In this document: positions 8,274-18,592 of the stretch, piece by piece
How the letters are laid out: each line of letters starts with the position of its first letter
Numbering within the stretch: the first letter of the stretch is position 1
Origin: a virus
Direction: 5' to 3' (one strand)
IMG/VR virus record: IMGVR_UViG_3300045988_166693
Location: 51,420-115,419 of that record
Length of the DNA stretch: 64,000 nucleotides
Notes under the pieces: generated by a model
Told to the model about the DNA's origin: nothing
What the model saw: the letters and a program-made list of their open reading frames with translations, nothing else
Databases searched by the model: none
Translations under genes and position numbers: made by a program

Positions 8274-8286
8274 AGAGATATAATTT

Positions 8287-8931
8287 TTAGTTTGCTACTT
8301 CTACATAAATTCCTACAAGTCCGGACAAGTCCTGATATACGGCCTGTCCGGTGTTTCTGGTACATTTGTACGTGATACCATTCTGGGAGTAATACTTTCC
8401 TTCAAATAACTCCATGTTGTTATTGTACGGAATAGGATCTTCTTTTGTCCCGGCATTGGTTTCGTTGATTTCTTCGTACAATGCTGCCGTATCAACGCTA
8501 GGCGGTTGGTTTTCCAGTACATTTTCAATAGTCTGTTTCACTTTATAAAGCCTGTCCTGATAAAGCACCTTGTAATCTTTTTCAAGTTTCTGACTGATGA
8601 AATTTTCCCAGGCTGGGTACAGGTTCTTAAACTGCAATGCCTGTTCGTCCGTAAGGTTCATGGCGTTGATCTGTGAAGCAAACAGACCGATCATCTGATT
8701 TACCTGTTCTTCCGGATAGACTACCTGACCCCTTGCAGCTTTCTTTGCCTTGAAGATACGTTCCGCATCTTCTTTGGTGATTTCAGTCCATTCATCGTTA
8801 CTTTCATCCAAAGGGATATATACCTGTTTCGCTACTACCCGATCTTCATCTTTTGTTGCGGAAGATTGCGTAAGAAACTTCCCATACATCGGGGATATCC
8901 ACTTTCCTTCTTGTTCTGTTCTTATTTCCAT
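8287..8931 (-). CDS. fibre-associated protein, paralog of 2472..3182
   Basis: It shares NLTDEQALQFKNLYPAW and the C-terminal EDPIPYNNNMELFEGKYYSQNGITYKCTRNTG with 2472..3182. Confidence 0.55.
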   Translation of the reverse strand: MEIRTEQEGKWISPMYGKFLTQSSATKDEDRVVAKQVYIPLDESNDEWTEITKEDAERIFKAKKAARGQVVYPEEQVNQMIGLFASQINAMNLTDEQALQFKNLYPAWENFISQKLEKDYKVLYQDRLYKVKQTIENVLENQPPSVDTAALYEEINETNAGTKEDPIPYNNNMELFEGKYYSQNGITYKCTRNTGQAVYQDLSGLVGIYVEVAN

Positions 8932-8933
8932 AA

Positions 8934-10097
8934 TTAAAAATCTGTTTTTCTTATTGTAACTTCAAGTCTTGATAATTCTATATAACTGGAATTCCACCAT
9001 ATAACGACAGCTTTAGTTACACTTTCGTCTATGTCGTTTGTGGTAAAATCGAAGCTGTCTACTATCGGATAATACCTGATTTCACCGGCTGCTACCGTTA
9101 ATTCTCCAGCAGGGCCAGTTTCGTACCACGGCTGCTCATACTTATAATTGACATTGCCCGACTTGTATCTGTACACTGCAATCTTACTACCAGCTTCCAG
9201 CGTACCTCCTGAAAATCCAACGGCTGTAATACCAAACGTAATGTTGTACAGGCGCAATCTCTTAATATCGGAATTGCTTTGCAGAACCTCACCACGCGGA
9301 GTAACAAAGTCGTATGGCTTGGTAGAAAATACTTTAACTTTATACAAGGTTGTTGTATCTTCCGTTGCCTTCATGTTTCTGTACCTTCCTTTTACATCTT
9401 TTGCCATCAGGTGCATACATACGGTATCTTTAGGAGACATTCCGATAAACTCCAGATCTTCCGCGCTTATCTCCAGCATTGTCTGATGTTTGGGCTGAAA
9501 CTCTACCAGTTTGTAATATCCAGTTTTACCTTGCACCCAAATTCGGAATACTAGAGTAACACCACCTGTCACATCGTATATGTCGTTAAGAGTAAGTTCA
9601 GTTTCTCTCTTTTCCGGCATATATATCGGCACTCTCAAACTTTGTCCTATTACAACATATTCCGGCACTACCAATGTGATCATATCACTTGTCGCTTTTG
9701 CATCATACCCGGCAAAGTCCCCTAACCGGTAAGGTGCATTTTGGCCACCCGGAACTGGTATATAAGACCATGGAACGTCATTTGGAGAATTGTTTTCCAA
9801 ATTATCAATAATAGGAATGTTTATATTACATGTTCCATTCTTTCCGATCCACCATTTATCTTTGATAGTAACCAGTTGACCGTCCCAGGAATCAACGACA
9901 AATGCTCCGGGGTTATCTCTCGTAAAGTTTACAGCACCAATATCAGAAGGCTTATATTTTGCAAACATATTAATGTTTGCTCCGCTTTGAAATGCTGTAA
10001 TAGCATTGTTGTTTACAACACCACCATTGGCATTAAGTGTATCTCTCACATCATCCCATTTCAGGTTTTCGGTTGGTAAAATATCGTAAACTGCCAT
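8934..10097 (-). CDS. tail fibre/receptor-binding-module protein (hypothetical)
   Basis: 387 aa with beta-rich composition, directly downstream of the large fibre gene. Confidence 0.5.
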   Translation of the reverse strand: MAVYDILPTENLKWDDVRDTLNANGGVVNNNAITAFQSGANINMFAKYKPSDIGAVNFTRDNPGAFVVDSWDGQLVTIKDKWWIGKNGTCNINIPIIDNLENNSPNDVPWSYIPVPGGQNAPYRLGDFAGYDAKATSDMITLVVPEYVVIGQSLRVPIYMPEKRETELTLNDIYDVTGGVTLVFRIWVQGKTGYYKLVEFQPKHQTMLEISAEDLEFIGMSPKDTVCMHLMAKDVKGRYRNMKATEDTTTLYKVKVFSTKPYDFVTPRGEVLQSNSDIKRLRLYNITFGITAVGFSGGTLEAGSKIAVYRYKSGNVNYKYEQPWYETGPAGELTVAAGEIRYYPIVDSFDFTTNDIDESVTKAVVIWWNSSYIELSRLEVTIRKTDF

Positions 10098-10099
10098 AG

Positions 10100-10327
10100 T
10101 TATTCCTCCTTACTATTAAATTTGCATGTAGCGTCTTTATACACTACAAGATTCCCTTCTACGTCAAGAGATCCCTTTACAGTAACATGACCTTTGACAA
10201 GTAAATCTCCTTCAATAACTCCTTTTTCCGGGATCAATACTTGTTTCTCCACTACTTTTGTTACAATCTTCTCGGTCGGAATGTCTAACTTAAACACTCT
10301 GATCATCCAAAGTACGAACTTCTTCAT
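10100..10327 (-). CDS. small beta-rich protein
   Basis: 75 aa. GVIEGDLLVKGHVTVKGSLDVEGNLVVYKD is a bactofilin-like repeat pattern. It overlaps the fibre gene's 3' end by 38 nt. Confidence 0.4.
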   Translation of the reverse strand: MKKFVLWMIRVFKLDIPTEKIVTKVVEKQVLIPEKGVIEGDLLVKGHVTVKGSLDVEGNLVVYKDATCKFNSKEE

Positions 10328-13300
10328 AGCCTAGCTTTTTAAGTTGTTTTTTTAATATGACTATTTCTCTCTCAAGTTTCTTGATTTTCTTATCGGTTCT
10401 TGTTTCATAAGTTAGCAAGTGTCTAGCGGTATGAACCGCAAACGTATACGCTACTGTTGCATAGTCCATAGACAGGAAGTTATCATTCTCTTCCACGGCC
10501 CACGGAAGGATTGACTGAGTATATTGGGCCGATCCTCCCAAGTTCAGCCTATTTTGATTCATATTAGGTCTATTCCACCGATACACAAATGAAGGTGCTT
10601 TTGCTATGTCCATAAGAGACAAATTTACCTGCTGCATTATTGACTTGTATCGTATATCAGAACTATAAAATGTGGCACCGCCAGATACAAGCAAGTTACC
10701 TACTATTTCAACGTAACCGCCTCCATATATAGAAAATGAGCATCCTGCACTTGTACCTGCGTCATTATTACTTACAGCCATAAAAATGCGCCCCCAGTCA
10801 TTCGCATCATCACGTACAGATCCAAAAACATATCTAGTTTGGTACCCTCTACCATTCACAATATCTCCCCATCTTATGATTGGCCTAAAAGTACCACCAT
10901 TTACATATATCCCATCGCTGGAATATCTTATAGACGAAAGGTTAGAAGTAAACATTTCTGATGATTCCAAACCTGTTAAAGTATTATCTTCTAATATATA
11001 TCTTGCTCCTCTAATATCACTTGACCCGTAAATACCTCCATTTACATGCAACTTATAACTGGGAGATGTAGTTCCTATACCAACATATCCGCTGGGATTT
11101 ATTCCTAGATTTGAACCAAGATTTTGGATAATTCTTGCACCGGCATATCCTATAATATCATTGTTGCCTATATCAATGTTGCCTGTGACATTACTTGTTC
11201 CGTCAAAGGATTGTCCCCAAATAGTTCGTGCTGTCTGTAACTTAGTAGCTGATGCAACATTATCACTTAATAAAGCCAAATTTCCGTTTCTTGTTGGCAA
11301 AATCAATGTGTTACTATGATCCCCGTCGCATTGCAGTCTAGTTGAATAATCAATGGCTCCAGTTGATGAATTATGAAAATCAATATATTTTCCGACTTCA
11401 AATGTTCCATCAGTTTCTACAAAAGGAATAACTCCCCAATATGTACTTCCGGATCTCTTGTGTGTTCCATCTAACTTGTCGGCATTGCTGGCATTTCCAC
11501 TAATATTAATACCCCATGTTCCACTTGCTCCGCTTCCCGTTTTAGTAGGGTACTTGCTGTCGCTTTCACTTTTTGTATATGCACCGATTCCAGCCGGAGT
11601 TATATTGATAGTCTTAGCCCCGGTTGCGTTGTAAGTAAATTGGTTCGTTCCCTCTGTTGTTCCTCCGTTCAGTTTTACAATTAAATTCTGCTTCCCTGTG
11701 ACTTCTGAAATAGTCGGCCAGCGAGTAACGTATGCAGACGGAGCAGCCTTTAACAACGCATCCCAATTAGCGTGCAGATCCGAGATCGTAGCAATGCTTA
11801 CAGCCGTTAGCCATGCAGGTTTTTGCGCTGCTAGTACAGAATCCCAGCTAGAATGCAGGTCAGTAATATTTGCAATATTAGTCGCAAACACAGAAGGCTT
11901 TCCGGAAATATTGCCCCATGCAACGCTACCAGCTTCTCCACCTCCTACTGCTACTAATTTCCCGTTTTCCTTCTTTATAGTAGTACCATCCACTACTACC
12001 CCATCCATGACTGTAGACACGGAAACCGGATCTATTGCATACATTGTAACACCGCCTGTAACAGCTAGATTTCCCTCTAGGGTAATTACTCCGTCTGCGG
12101 TTTTGTGCAAGCGAATACCGCCTATATAAAAATCTCCAGTTTTAGTAACTCCGTCTATATTTGCATTTCCACCTAAATATAAATCTTTCCATTTCGCATC
12201 AGACAAGCCTAAATTAATGCTGTTGCTTGCTGCGCCAAAAGGTCTAAAAGATTTAAGTTCTAACAAGACAGATAAAGTATCATCATTGTTGATTTTAAAT
12301 CTTATGTTTTGGTTATTTTTAGTAATTACATCAATAGTTCCACTTCCTGTTATATTTCCAACATTATCTAAATTTCCGCTTACATTCTCAGTTCCGTCAA
12401 AGCTACGTCCCCATAACGTGCGAGCAGTTTCCAACTTAGTGGAAGCGTAAGCATACAGGTCGGTTATTGTTTTTGTCGTTCCACCGACAGTTATGGAAAG
12501 GTTAGTTGCTGATGAAGTTGATAATGCAGTAAGAAGTCCTGTTTTGTGAGTTCCGTCCAAAAGATCAGCGTCTAGACCGCTTCCTGCACCGTCATTACCA
12601 CTATCCCAAACCGTCCTACCTTTCCATAAAAGATTTGTAGTTGTAAGATGAAATGCATGCACGGTATTATCGGTATCCGTAAGAGATAATCCACCTCTAT
12701 TAGTTGTAGTAGAATGGAACAAATTGATCTGATCTGTTCTTCCTCTAAATTTTACAGATAGATTTCCGGTCATTGTATCTCCGGACACATTGACATATCT
12801 ACTATCAGCGTCCGTCTTGGTATAAGCGTCCGTAATACCATAACCGGACAGGGTTGTCGGCTTTCCGCTGGTTATATCAGACCATGCATGTTTATGTCCA
12901 CTAAGGCTAAACGTACTTCCCTTGGTCAGAGTAAGAGTGTGTCCGCTAATAGATGCAGCAGTTACGGCATTACCTATTCCGGTAACACTGACAGCATTAA
13001 TTCCATCTGTTATACCATAGCCAGCTAATGTTGTAGCTTTAACGGCATAGTTTTTCCCGGACACCCAGCTTTCAGTTGCGTACCCGGTTAAAGCAGTAGT
13101 AAGGTGCGACTTGTTGATCTGTTCCGTGGTAGATCCGGCCAATGCTGTCCACATGGCAGACTTATCAAAGGATGATCCGCTGCCCTCTCTTGCTTTCAAA
13201 ACTCTTGATCCGTCAACTTCTTGCCAGTAGATTGTATCGTTGTCTATGGGCAGTCCGTCATAAATTGAAGGGAAAGAAACACCATCAGACGCATACGTTG

Positions 13301-14903
13301 TGAGACCACCTGTTAATGCCAGATTTCCTTCCAGCATTAGCGCACCATCCTCCAACTTCCTCAGCTTAATTCCAGCAATAGTAACCCAGTCCGATGCTGC
13401 CAGCGAAGGTGCTGTAATAGCTCCGGATGCCTTAATAGCGGCTGTATTCAGCACAGAGGAAAATGTCTTTTCTCCGGTTATTGTCTGCTTGGTTCCCAGT
13501 GTTACGAAAGTACTATCTACATATTTTTTGTCGGCCTTTGTTTCAAGTATTTCCGCGAGATTATCCGTTTCTGTCATTCCGGACAAAAACGCTTCCAGTT
13601 CCTTCCATTTGTTTATGATTGTATCAGCATCAGAACCTTCCAAGAAGTCATTCAGCTTATTAGACACAGCATTTAAAGCCTCAGTAGTTGCATAGTTCTT
13701 GCTGGCCACCCAACTTTCGGTAGCGTATCCTTTTCCTGTTACCCAGCTTTCAGTAGCATATCCGGCCAGTGCGTTAGTAAGATGCGACTTGTTGATCTGG
13801 TTGTCCGAAGATCCGGAAAGTGCAGACCACATGGCATTTTCATCGAAGGAACTTCCTGCACCAGCTATAGCTTTTAGTACATTGTTTTCCTTTTTGATAG
13901 TAATACCATCAACCGCAATAGCATCCATAATTGTAGATACAGATCTACCAGCCGTTGCGTAAAATGTCATTGCTCCTGTAACAGCTACATCTGCATCAAT
14001 GTAGACAACACCGTTTTCTTCGTAGATCTTTTTCTTTGATTCTCCGACTGAAAGACCGGCAGTGAAATGCTTTAATGCTGTTATCTCCTGCTCGGTATCA
14101 ATAGTAACATATTTTGAAGCGATCTCTTCTTTCGTATAGAAAGGCTTTTCACCCTGTATCTCTGACCAATTATAGGTCGGTTTGGTATCACCAATCCATG
14201 TGGGCTTACCAGTAATGTTTACCCATTTGACTGATCCTGCTTCACCGCCACCTGTACCTCCAATCACCTCTACTCTCTGTGTCGCAGGGTTAAACCATAT
14301 TGTCTGGTTATCATAAGGAATCCCTTCAAATATAGAAGGTACAACAGGATCTAAAGTTGCATACTGTGTAAAAGCGCCCTGGGATAGAACAGGGTATTTG
14401 GTTATTATATATTCATTTCCCTGGGAATCTGATCTTAGCTGCCAGAAATTACCCTCACGGGTTTCATCCGTCTGATACTTTCCATAATCAAATGTTATCT
14501 TTCTTTGCTTGGTTGCACCTTCCAGCGCATCAGTTTCTGTTATTTCCCCAACCTTTACATAATAATAAGCCGGGCTTGGGTTCTCTCCGTTGATGGTTCC
14601 GTCTATAGCATAATCATTGACGGAAAAAATGAGATAAGCCTGATCGCCATCCCGATTAAGGCGAGCATAGATAAAATGATGACCTGTCTTATTCAGCTTT
14701 GTATTGACCCCGTACAAAAACCACTTGCGGCTTTCTCCGTTTGGCAAATATTGGATACCTCCTCCCTGTTGAGGAGATACAATAATAGAGCACCCCAACA
14801 CAACTGATATCTGTATCAGATTGGGATTACCCAGGGCATTTTCTATCATTGACACTCCCTGGTAGGATATTCTATATAAAGCACTTTTGTATTCGGTTAT
14901 CAT
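10290..14903 (-). CDS. large tail fibre with C-terminal intramolecular chaperone (Peptidase_S74-like) domain
   Basis: 1537 aa. GYATESWV units are repeated. A threefold module reads LEGNLA(L/V)TGG.T.YA...DG.TIKKEN. The C-terminus SDIRYKSIMQQVNLSLMDIAKAPSFVYRW...GGSAQYTQSILPWAV...LEREIVILKKQLKKLG is typical of self-cleaving fibre chaperones. Confidence 0.8.
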   Translation of the reverse strand: MITEYKSALYRISYQGVSMIENALGNPNLIQISVVLGCSIIVSPQQGGGIQYLPNGESRKWFLYGVNTKLNKTGHHFIYARLNRDGDQAYLIFSVNDYAIDGTINGENPSPAYYYVKVGEITETDALEGATKQRKITFDYGKYQTDETREGNFWQLRSDSQGNEYIITKYPVLSQGAFTQYATLDPVVPSIFEGIPYDNQTIWFNPATQRVEVIGGTGGGEAGSVKWVNITGKPTWIGDTKPTYNWSEIQGEKPFYTKEEIASKYVTIDTEQEITALKHFTAGLSVGESKKKIYEENGVVYIDADVAVTGAMTFYATAGRSVSTIMDAIAVDGITIKKENNVLKAIAGAGSSFDENAMWSALSGSSDNQINKSHLTNALAGYATESWVTGKGYATESWVASKNYATTEALNAVSNKLNDFLEGSDADTIINKWKELEAFLSGMTETDNLAEILETKADKKYVDSTFVTLGTKQTITGEKTFSSVLNTAAIKASGAITAPSLAASDWVTIAGIKLRKLEDGALMLEGNLALTGGLTTYASDGVSFPSIYDGLPIDNDTIYWQEVDGSRVLKAREGSGSSFDKSAMWTALAGSTTEQINKSHLTTALTGYATESWVSGKNYAVKATTLAGYGITDGINAVSVTGIGNAVTAASISGHTLTLTKGSTFSLSGHKHAWSDITSGKPTTLSGYGITDAYTKTDADSRYVNVSGDTMTGNLSVKFRGRTDQINLFHSTTTNRGGLSLTDTDNTVHAFHLTTTNLLWKGRTVWDSGNDGAGSGLDADLLDGTHKTGLLTALSTSSATNLSITVGGTTKTITDLYAYASTKLETARTLWGRSFDGTENVSGNLDNVGNITGSGTIDVITKNNQNIRFKINNDDTLSVLLELKSFRPFGAASNSINLGLSDAKWKDLYLGGNANIDGVTKTGDFYIGGIRLHKTADGVITLEGNLAVTGGVTMYAIDPVSVSTVMDGVVVDGTTIKKENGKLVAVGGGEAGSVAWGNISGKPSVFATNIANITDLHSSWDSVLAAQKPAWLTAVSIATISDLHANWDALLKAAPSAYVTRWPTISEVTGKQNLIVKLNGGTTEGTNQFTYNATGAKTINITPAGIGAYTKSESDSKYPTKTGSGASGTWGINISGNASNADKLDGTHKRSGSTYWGVIPFVETDGTFEVGKYIDFHNSSTGAIDYSTRLQCDGDHSNTLILPTRNGNLALLSDNVASATKLQTARTIWGQSFDGTSNVTGNIDIGNNDIIGYAGARIIQNLGSNLGINPSGYVGIGTTSPSYKLHVNGGIYGSSDIRGARYILEDNTLTGLESSEMFTSNLSSIRYSSDGIYVNGGTFRPIIRWGDIVNGRGYQTRYVFGSVRDDANDWGRIFMAVSNNDAGTSAGCSFSIYGGGYVEIVGNLLVSGGATFYSSDIRYKSIMQQVNLSLMDIAKAPSFVYRWNRPNMNQNRLNLGGSAQYTQSILPWAVEENDNFLSMDYATVAYTFAVHTARHLLTYETRTDKKIKKLEREIVILKKQLKKLGYEEVRTLDDQSV

Positions 14904-15901
14904 TTTGCTTTGTATCTCTGATTCATTTCCTTAATTTCCTTTGCTTCCTTCGCCATCGCATTCATAATACCCAGAATGCGGACCGCCTCACTGTCGTACA
15001 CAGCATCGTAGTCATCGAAGCCCTGGTATTTCATCACGTTGTTCACCATTTCCACCTCGATCTTGATCGGGTTCTGACGCCCGGGCTTCTTCCCGTTGGG
15101 AGTGAACAGCTCGGGATACATCCTGGCGTATGACTCCTGCACACTTTGGAAATACTGCACCATGACGGGAAACATGCGGCTTTCCACCGGCCGGAACCAG
15201 CGGGCGTTTTTCCGGATCTGTCCGGAGTAGAATGCCCACACACGGCGGCTGTACTTGCGCAGGTAGCGCCCTTCGCGGATTTCTCCGGTCTCGCGCACCG
15301 ACTCGTTGAACAGGGCCGCCAGAAACTGACAGCGGATGTCCCTCATGCGCCGCTTCTGCATCCTCACCGCCGCACGGCTCGAATTGCGGCGCAGCAGTGT
15401 CTGAAGCACCTTCTCCGTGTCCCAGTACATGATCAGCAGGTTCTGGGCCGACTGGTACTGGCCGAAGGAGACATTCAGCATGACGTCGCCCGGAGCCTTG
15501 AGCCGGAGCGTCCCCATCCGCAGGCGGATGATCCCGTAGGGAGTGACAGTGCGCCCGAACGGCTCGTCCAGGTATCCGAGTCTCTGACTGATCCACTGGT
15601 CCACCTGCCACGCCCGCAAGGGAATGCGCTCAAACAGGTGGCGCAGCCCCTTGCGGCGGAACAGGAATACCGTATCGCCTTTTTCATCCGTCAGCGTGCG
15701 GCGGATCACCTTCAGATCGAGAAACAGCATGAAACATTTCAGCTTGTACACGCGGTCGGCCTGCTGCTCGTCGCCCGCAGCTGCTTGCGCCATCCTTTTC
15801 AGGTAAAGGCGGTTCACTTCTTCCAGTTCTTCCGACGAAAGCCGGTTCCAGCTGTCGGGCAGTCCGGGAAGGTTGATCTGATAGTTTGTCGTGCTTGTCA
15901 T
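14900..15901 (-). CDS. hypothetical late protein
   Basis: 333 aa and high GC, with an ATG 17 nt downstream of the late-promoter box and an ATGA overlap with the fibre gene. The antisense ORFs here are shadow frames. Confidence 0.55.
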   Translation of the reverse strand: MTSTTNYQINLPGLPDSWNRLSSEELEEVNRLYLKRMAQAAAGDEQQADRVYKLKCFMLFLDLKVIRRTLTDEKGDTVFLFRRKGLRHLFERIPLRAWQVDQWISQRLGYLDEPFGRTVTPYGIIRLRMGTLRLKAPGDVMLNVSFGQYQSAQNLLIMYWDTEKVLQTLLRRNSSRAAVRMQKRRMRDIRCQFLAALFNESVRETGEIREGRYLRKYSRRVWAFYSGQIRKNARWFRPVESRMFPVMVQYFQSVQESYARMYPELFTPNGKKPGRQNPIKIEVEMVNNVMKYQGFDDYDAVYDSEAVRILGIMNAMAKEAKEIKEMNQRYKAK

Positions 15902-15918
15902 TTTGTCGTTTCTTTACC

Positions 15919-15960
15919 CAAAGTTAGGAATAGGGTTTCTCAGAATGAAGGACAAAAAAT
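15919..15960 (-). promoter_or_regulatory. late-type promoter copy
   Basis: In minus sense it reads TTTTTTGTCCTTCA, 19 nt, then TAACTTTG. Confidence 0.55.
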
Positions 15961-15970
15961 AAGGTGCGGA

Positions 15971-16999
15971 TTAATGCCTGTTGAGAGCCTGCGGGCGGAA
16001 AACAAAGAGGGCGTTGTCCGGATTGTCGTAGTCGAACAGCGGCGGTTTGGTCTCCGGTTGCGGTGTCTCCGTGACCGGCGGAACGTAGAGCGGTGATCCC
16101 TTGATGAAGTCGCCGAACTGATCCTGGTTGCTGGCGATAAACTTCCGCGCCTGCGTCATCGCATAGGTGGCGTCGTTCTCGCTGTACTTGCGCTGTTTCT
16201 CCGGCCGGCGGGATTCCACATACAGGGCCAGCGTCATGCGGAGCTTGTCCACGGCCTTCTGCCACACGGCATTTACGGCATCCTTACCCTCGCCCGTAAA
16301 CAGATCCGACTCCAGCGAGCGGGTGCACCATTTCACCAGTGCCTCGGTCAGATCCTCCCCTATTTCGGGAGCGATGTAGGCATTCTGGCAGTAGCGCACA
16401 TCGGGGAGCAGGGCGATGAACTTCTCGCGGCTTTCACCGATGTCCAGATAGCGGTTCATCTCAATGGCCGTCGTGAAAAGCAGGTCGCCCTGCAGGTAGA
16501 AGTAACGGCTTTCCCGCCACAGCGCGGCAAATACCGGACTTTCGCTGCACGCATCCTCTTCCAGGAAGATCAGCAGGCGGTCCAATCCCCGGCGTCCCTT
16601 GAAATACGCATCGCGTTCAAACCGGCTCACGGACTTCTCGTCGGCCTTGTCGTAGCCGTCGGTGTACACCTGGTTCAGTCCTCCCCCGTCGTTCAGACTC
16701 ACCGTCAGGATGCCGGTGCTGTTGGCCAGTGCGATGTAGACTACCGGCGACTGGCACAGCCGGATCAGCCGGATTTCAGGCGTGAGCTTTTCCTTGTCCA
16801 CGTAGGCTGCCGTCACTCCGCCATAGCCCTCTACGGCCTGTTCATAGTCCGCACACACCTTGTCGTAAAGCTTGCGGCCGAGAATCGGCACAAGGATGTT
16901 CTCTTCCGTCTCTTCCATTAGCGTCAGGAGCGACTGGTCGCCGCTGTACACGCTGGTGGGCACGTAAGCCCTGATTTCTTCGGTTGTATTTACTAACAT
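15971..16999 (-). CDS. hypothetical late protein
   Basis: Trimmed to ATG 16999 (MLVNTTEE). The track start is a TTG inside the -7 box. 342 aa. Confidence 0.55.
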   Translation of the reverse strand: MLVNTTEEIRAYVPTSVYSGDQSLLTLMEETEENILVPILGRKLYDKVCADYEQAVEGYGGVTAAYVDKEKLTPEIRLIRLCQSPVVYIALANSTGILTVSLNDGGGLNQVYTDGYDKADEKSVSRFERDAYFKGRRGLDRLLIFLEEDACSESPVFAALWRESRYFYLQGDLLFTTAIEMNRYLDIGESREKFIALLPDVRYCQNAYIAPEIGEDLTEALVKWCTRSLESDLFTGEGKDAVNAVWQKAVDKLRMTLALYVESRRPEKQRKYSENDATYAMTQARKFIASNQDQFGDFIKGSPLYVPPVTETPQPETKPPLFDYDNPDNALFVFRPQALNRH

Positions 17000-17017
17000 A
17001 GCTGTTTTGTTTTTCCC

Positions 17018-17058
17018 CAAAGTTAGGTATCATATCTGTTAATTTGAAGGACAGAAAA
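17018..17058 (-). promoter_or_regulatory. late-type promoter copy
   Basis: In minus sense it reads TTTTTCTGTCCTTCA, 19 nt, then TAACTTTG. It faces away from the plus-strand operon, so this is a divergent control region. Confidence 0.5.
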
Positions 17059-17158
17059 AGTTCATTAAATTTATTTTTGTTTCATTTTTGTTGGTTCCAT
17101 GTGTTGTTTATGAATTATTTTTGTTATTTTTGTCGTGTCAAACCACTGTAATAAAACG

Positions 17159-17617
17159 ATGAAAAAGACTTATGTGCTTATGCTTTCGCAATCTTTCCCG
17201 GCCAAACACCCCCGGTCGGGAAACGCGACCGGGTTCCGTGAAAAGTTTCTTTCCGGAGAAAAACGGCACACCATCCGCGCTAACTTTCCGCTTTGGGCGA
17301 AACGAATCCGGGAGGTGCAGCAAGGGAAAGCGGAACTTTCCATCCGCCAATGGGAAGGACGTCCTTACCTGAGCCGGCAGGTCATTATCGGATGTCTGAC
17401 CGCAGAATCAGGTATAGGAATCCAGAAACTTACGTTTCAGCTTGACAGGGACGGATGTGCCTCTTTCAAATTCTTCGACATCGACGGCAAATATCCGGAA
17501 CTGACAGAACTGGCGGCGAACGACGGCCTGTCGGTAGACGACTGGAAAGAGTGGTTTCGCGGTTATGACTTCAGTCAGCCGATGGCAGTTATTCAGTTCG
17601 GTAAATTCAGGTATTAG
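17159..17617 (+). CDS. ASCH/PUA-like domain protein
   Basis: Trimmed to ATG 17159 (MKKTYVLML). The KRHTIRANFPLW motif and the size are consistent with ASCH-type folds, from recall only. Confidence 0.4.
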   Translation: MKKTYVLMLSQSFPAKHPRSGNATGFREKFLSGEKRHTIRANFPLWAKRIREVQQGKAELSIRQWEGRPYLSRQVIIGCLTAESGIGIQKLTFQLDRDGCASFKFFDIDGKYPELTELAANDGLSVDDWKEWFRGYDFSQPMAVIQFGKFRY

Positions 17618-17619
17618 TT

Positions 17620-17787
17620 ATGAAAGGATATCTTAAAATAGCCGTAATAATAACAATCTGTTCATGGCTTTTATGGACCCTCTGCCATTTTTTAGGCATG
17701 GATTACGACATTGCCCTCATTGAACTTATGCTTATTTATTTAGTGATTGATAGAGTGAAAGAGAAAATCAGAAACGATAAACAATAA
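17620..17787 (+). CDS. small membrane protein (55 aa, below the track cutoff)
   Basis: The ATG is 2 nt after the upstream stop. MKGYLKIAVIITICSWLLWTLCHFLG...LIELMLIYLVI gives two hydrophobic helices. Confidence 0.4.
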   Translation: MKGYLKIAVIITICSWLLWTLCHFLGMDYDIALIELMLIYLVIDRVKEKIRNDKQ

Positions 17788-17793
17788 TAATAT

Positions 17794-18252
17794 ATGGATA
17801 ATATAACCAAACAGCAAGCTGTTGAAATCATGGAAAAGGCTTTCGATCTGAAAGATTTCAACAACAGAGAAGACGGAAAATCCTTTTATCGCGAAGATGG
17901 CGAAAGCGTTTCCTTCTTTTTTGATACAAGGCAGTATGACAGGCCGACAGTTATAGAAAAACTGAAAGAATGCTTGCAGGATATGAATTTAGAACAGGGA
18001 CAATTCCGTATAGACAGTATGACTCTTCTAAATATAAAAGTGACAATCATGCCAAAAACTGAATTTAAAATAGGAGATACATTCCAGTGCGGACTGGTGA
18101 AGCTGAAATGTGTGGGTAATATAGAAGGATGCAGAGAGTGTTACTTCGATCAGGAAGAGCCGTGTTTTGCTCATGTTTCACTAGTAGGGCATTGTGACAG
18201 CCTATCACGTGAAGATAAAACCGATGTAATTTTTGTAAAGGTGGAGGATTGA
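17794..18252 (+). CDS. hypothetical protein; C-terminal Cys-rich domain is paralogous to 19055..19270
   Basis: MPKTEFKIGDTFQCG...REDKTDVIFVKVED aligns with MPKKEFKIGETFQIG...REDKTDVIFVKVEE. Confidence 0.55.
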   Translation: MDNITKQQAVEIMEKAFDLKDFNNREDGKSFYREDGESVSFFFDTRQYDRPTVIEKLKECLQDMNLEQGQFRIDSMTLLNIKVTIMPKTEFKIGDTFQCGLVKLKCVGNIEGCRECYFDQEEPCFAHVSLVGHCDSLSREDKTDVIFVKVED

Positions 18253-18255
18253 AAT

Positions 18256-18591
18256 ATGAAAGCAAAAGTTTTATCTACCGGGAAAATTATTGAAGTTGAG
18301 TTGAACCTTAATTCTCAACCTACTTCAAAGTCTGGTGCAAAAAGTGTATATGAAGGCTCTGACGGGCATACCTATTTTGATACCGAACTGGATTTCAAAA
18401 ATGTTTATCCGGATTGGCAGCAAGTAAGGATACAGGCTGCAATTGCAATAATGGCAGCGAATCATGCGAGTCCTGAGCTAATGCAATTTCTAACCACAAA
18501 AGAAGATTTCCCATTTAAAGCACTTGCTAAAGTGTCTGTCAAATCAGCGGATGCACTTGTTAGTGAACTTCAAAAATCAATGGAGTTATAA
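18256..18591 (+). CDS. hypothetical protein
   Basis: 111 aa, with only a 3-nt gap to its neighbours. Confidence 0.5.
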   Translation: MKAKVLSTGKIIEVELNLNSQPTSKSGAKSVYEGSDGHTYFDTELDFKNVYPDWQQVRIQAAIAIMAANHASPELMQFLTTKEDFPFKALAKVSVKSADALVSELQKSMEL

Positions 18592-18592
18592 T

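Noticed and set aside
15012-16265. Several overlapping ORFs (15012..15611 minus, 15146..16096 plus, 15924..16265 minus)
   Set aside because: Their Arg/Pro/Gly-rich translations overlap the two promoter-equipped late genes. They are high-GC shadow frames.
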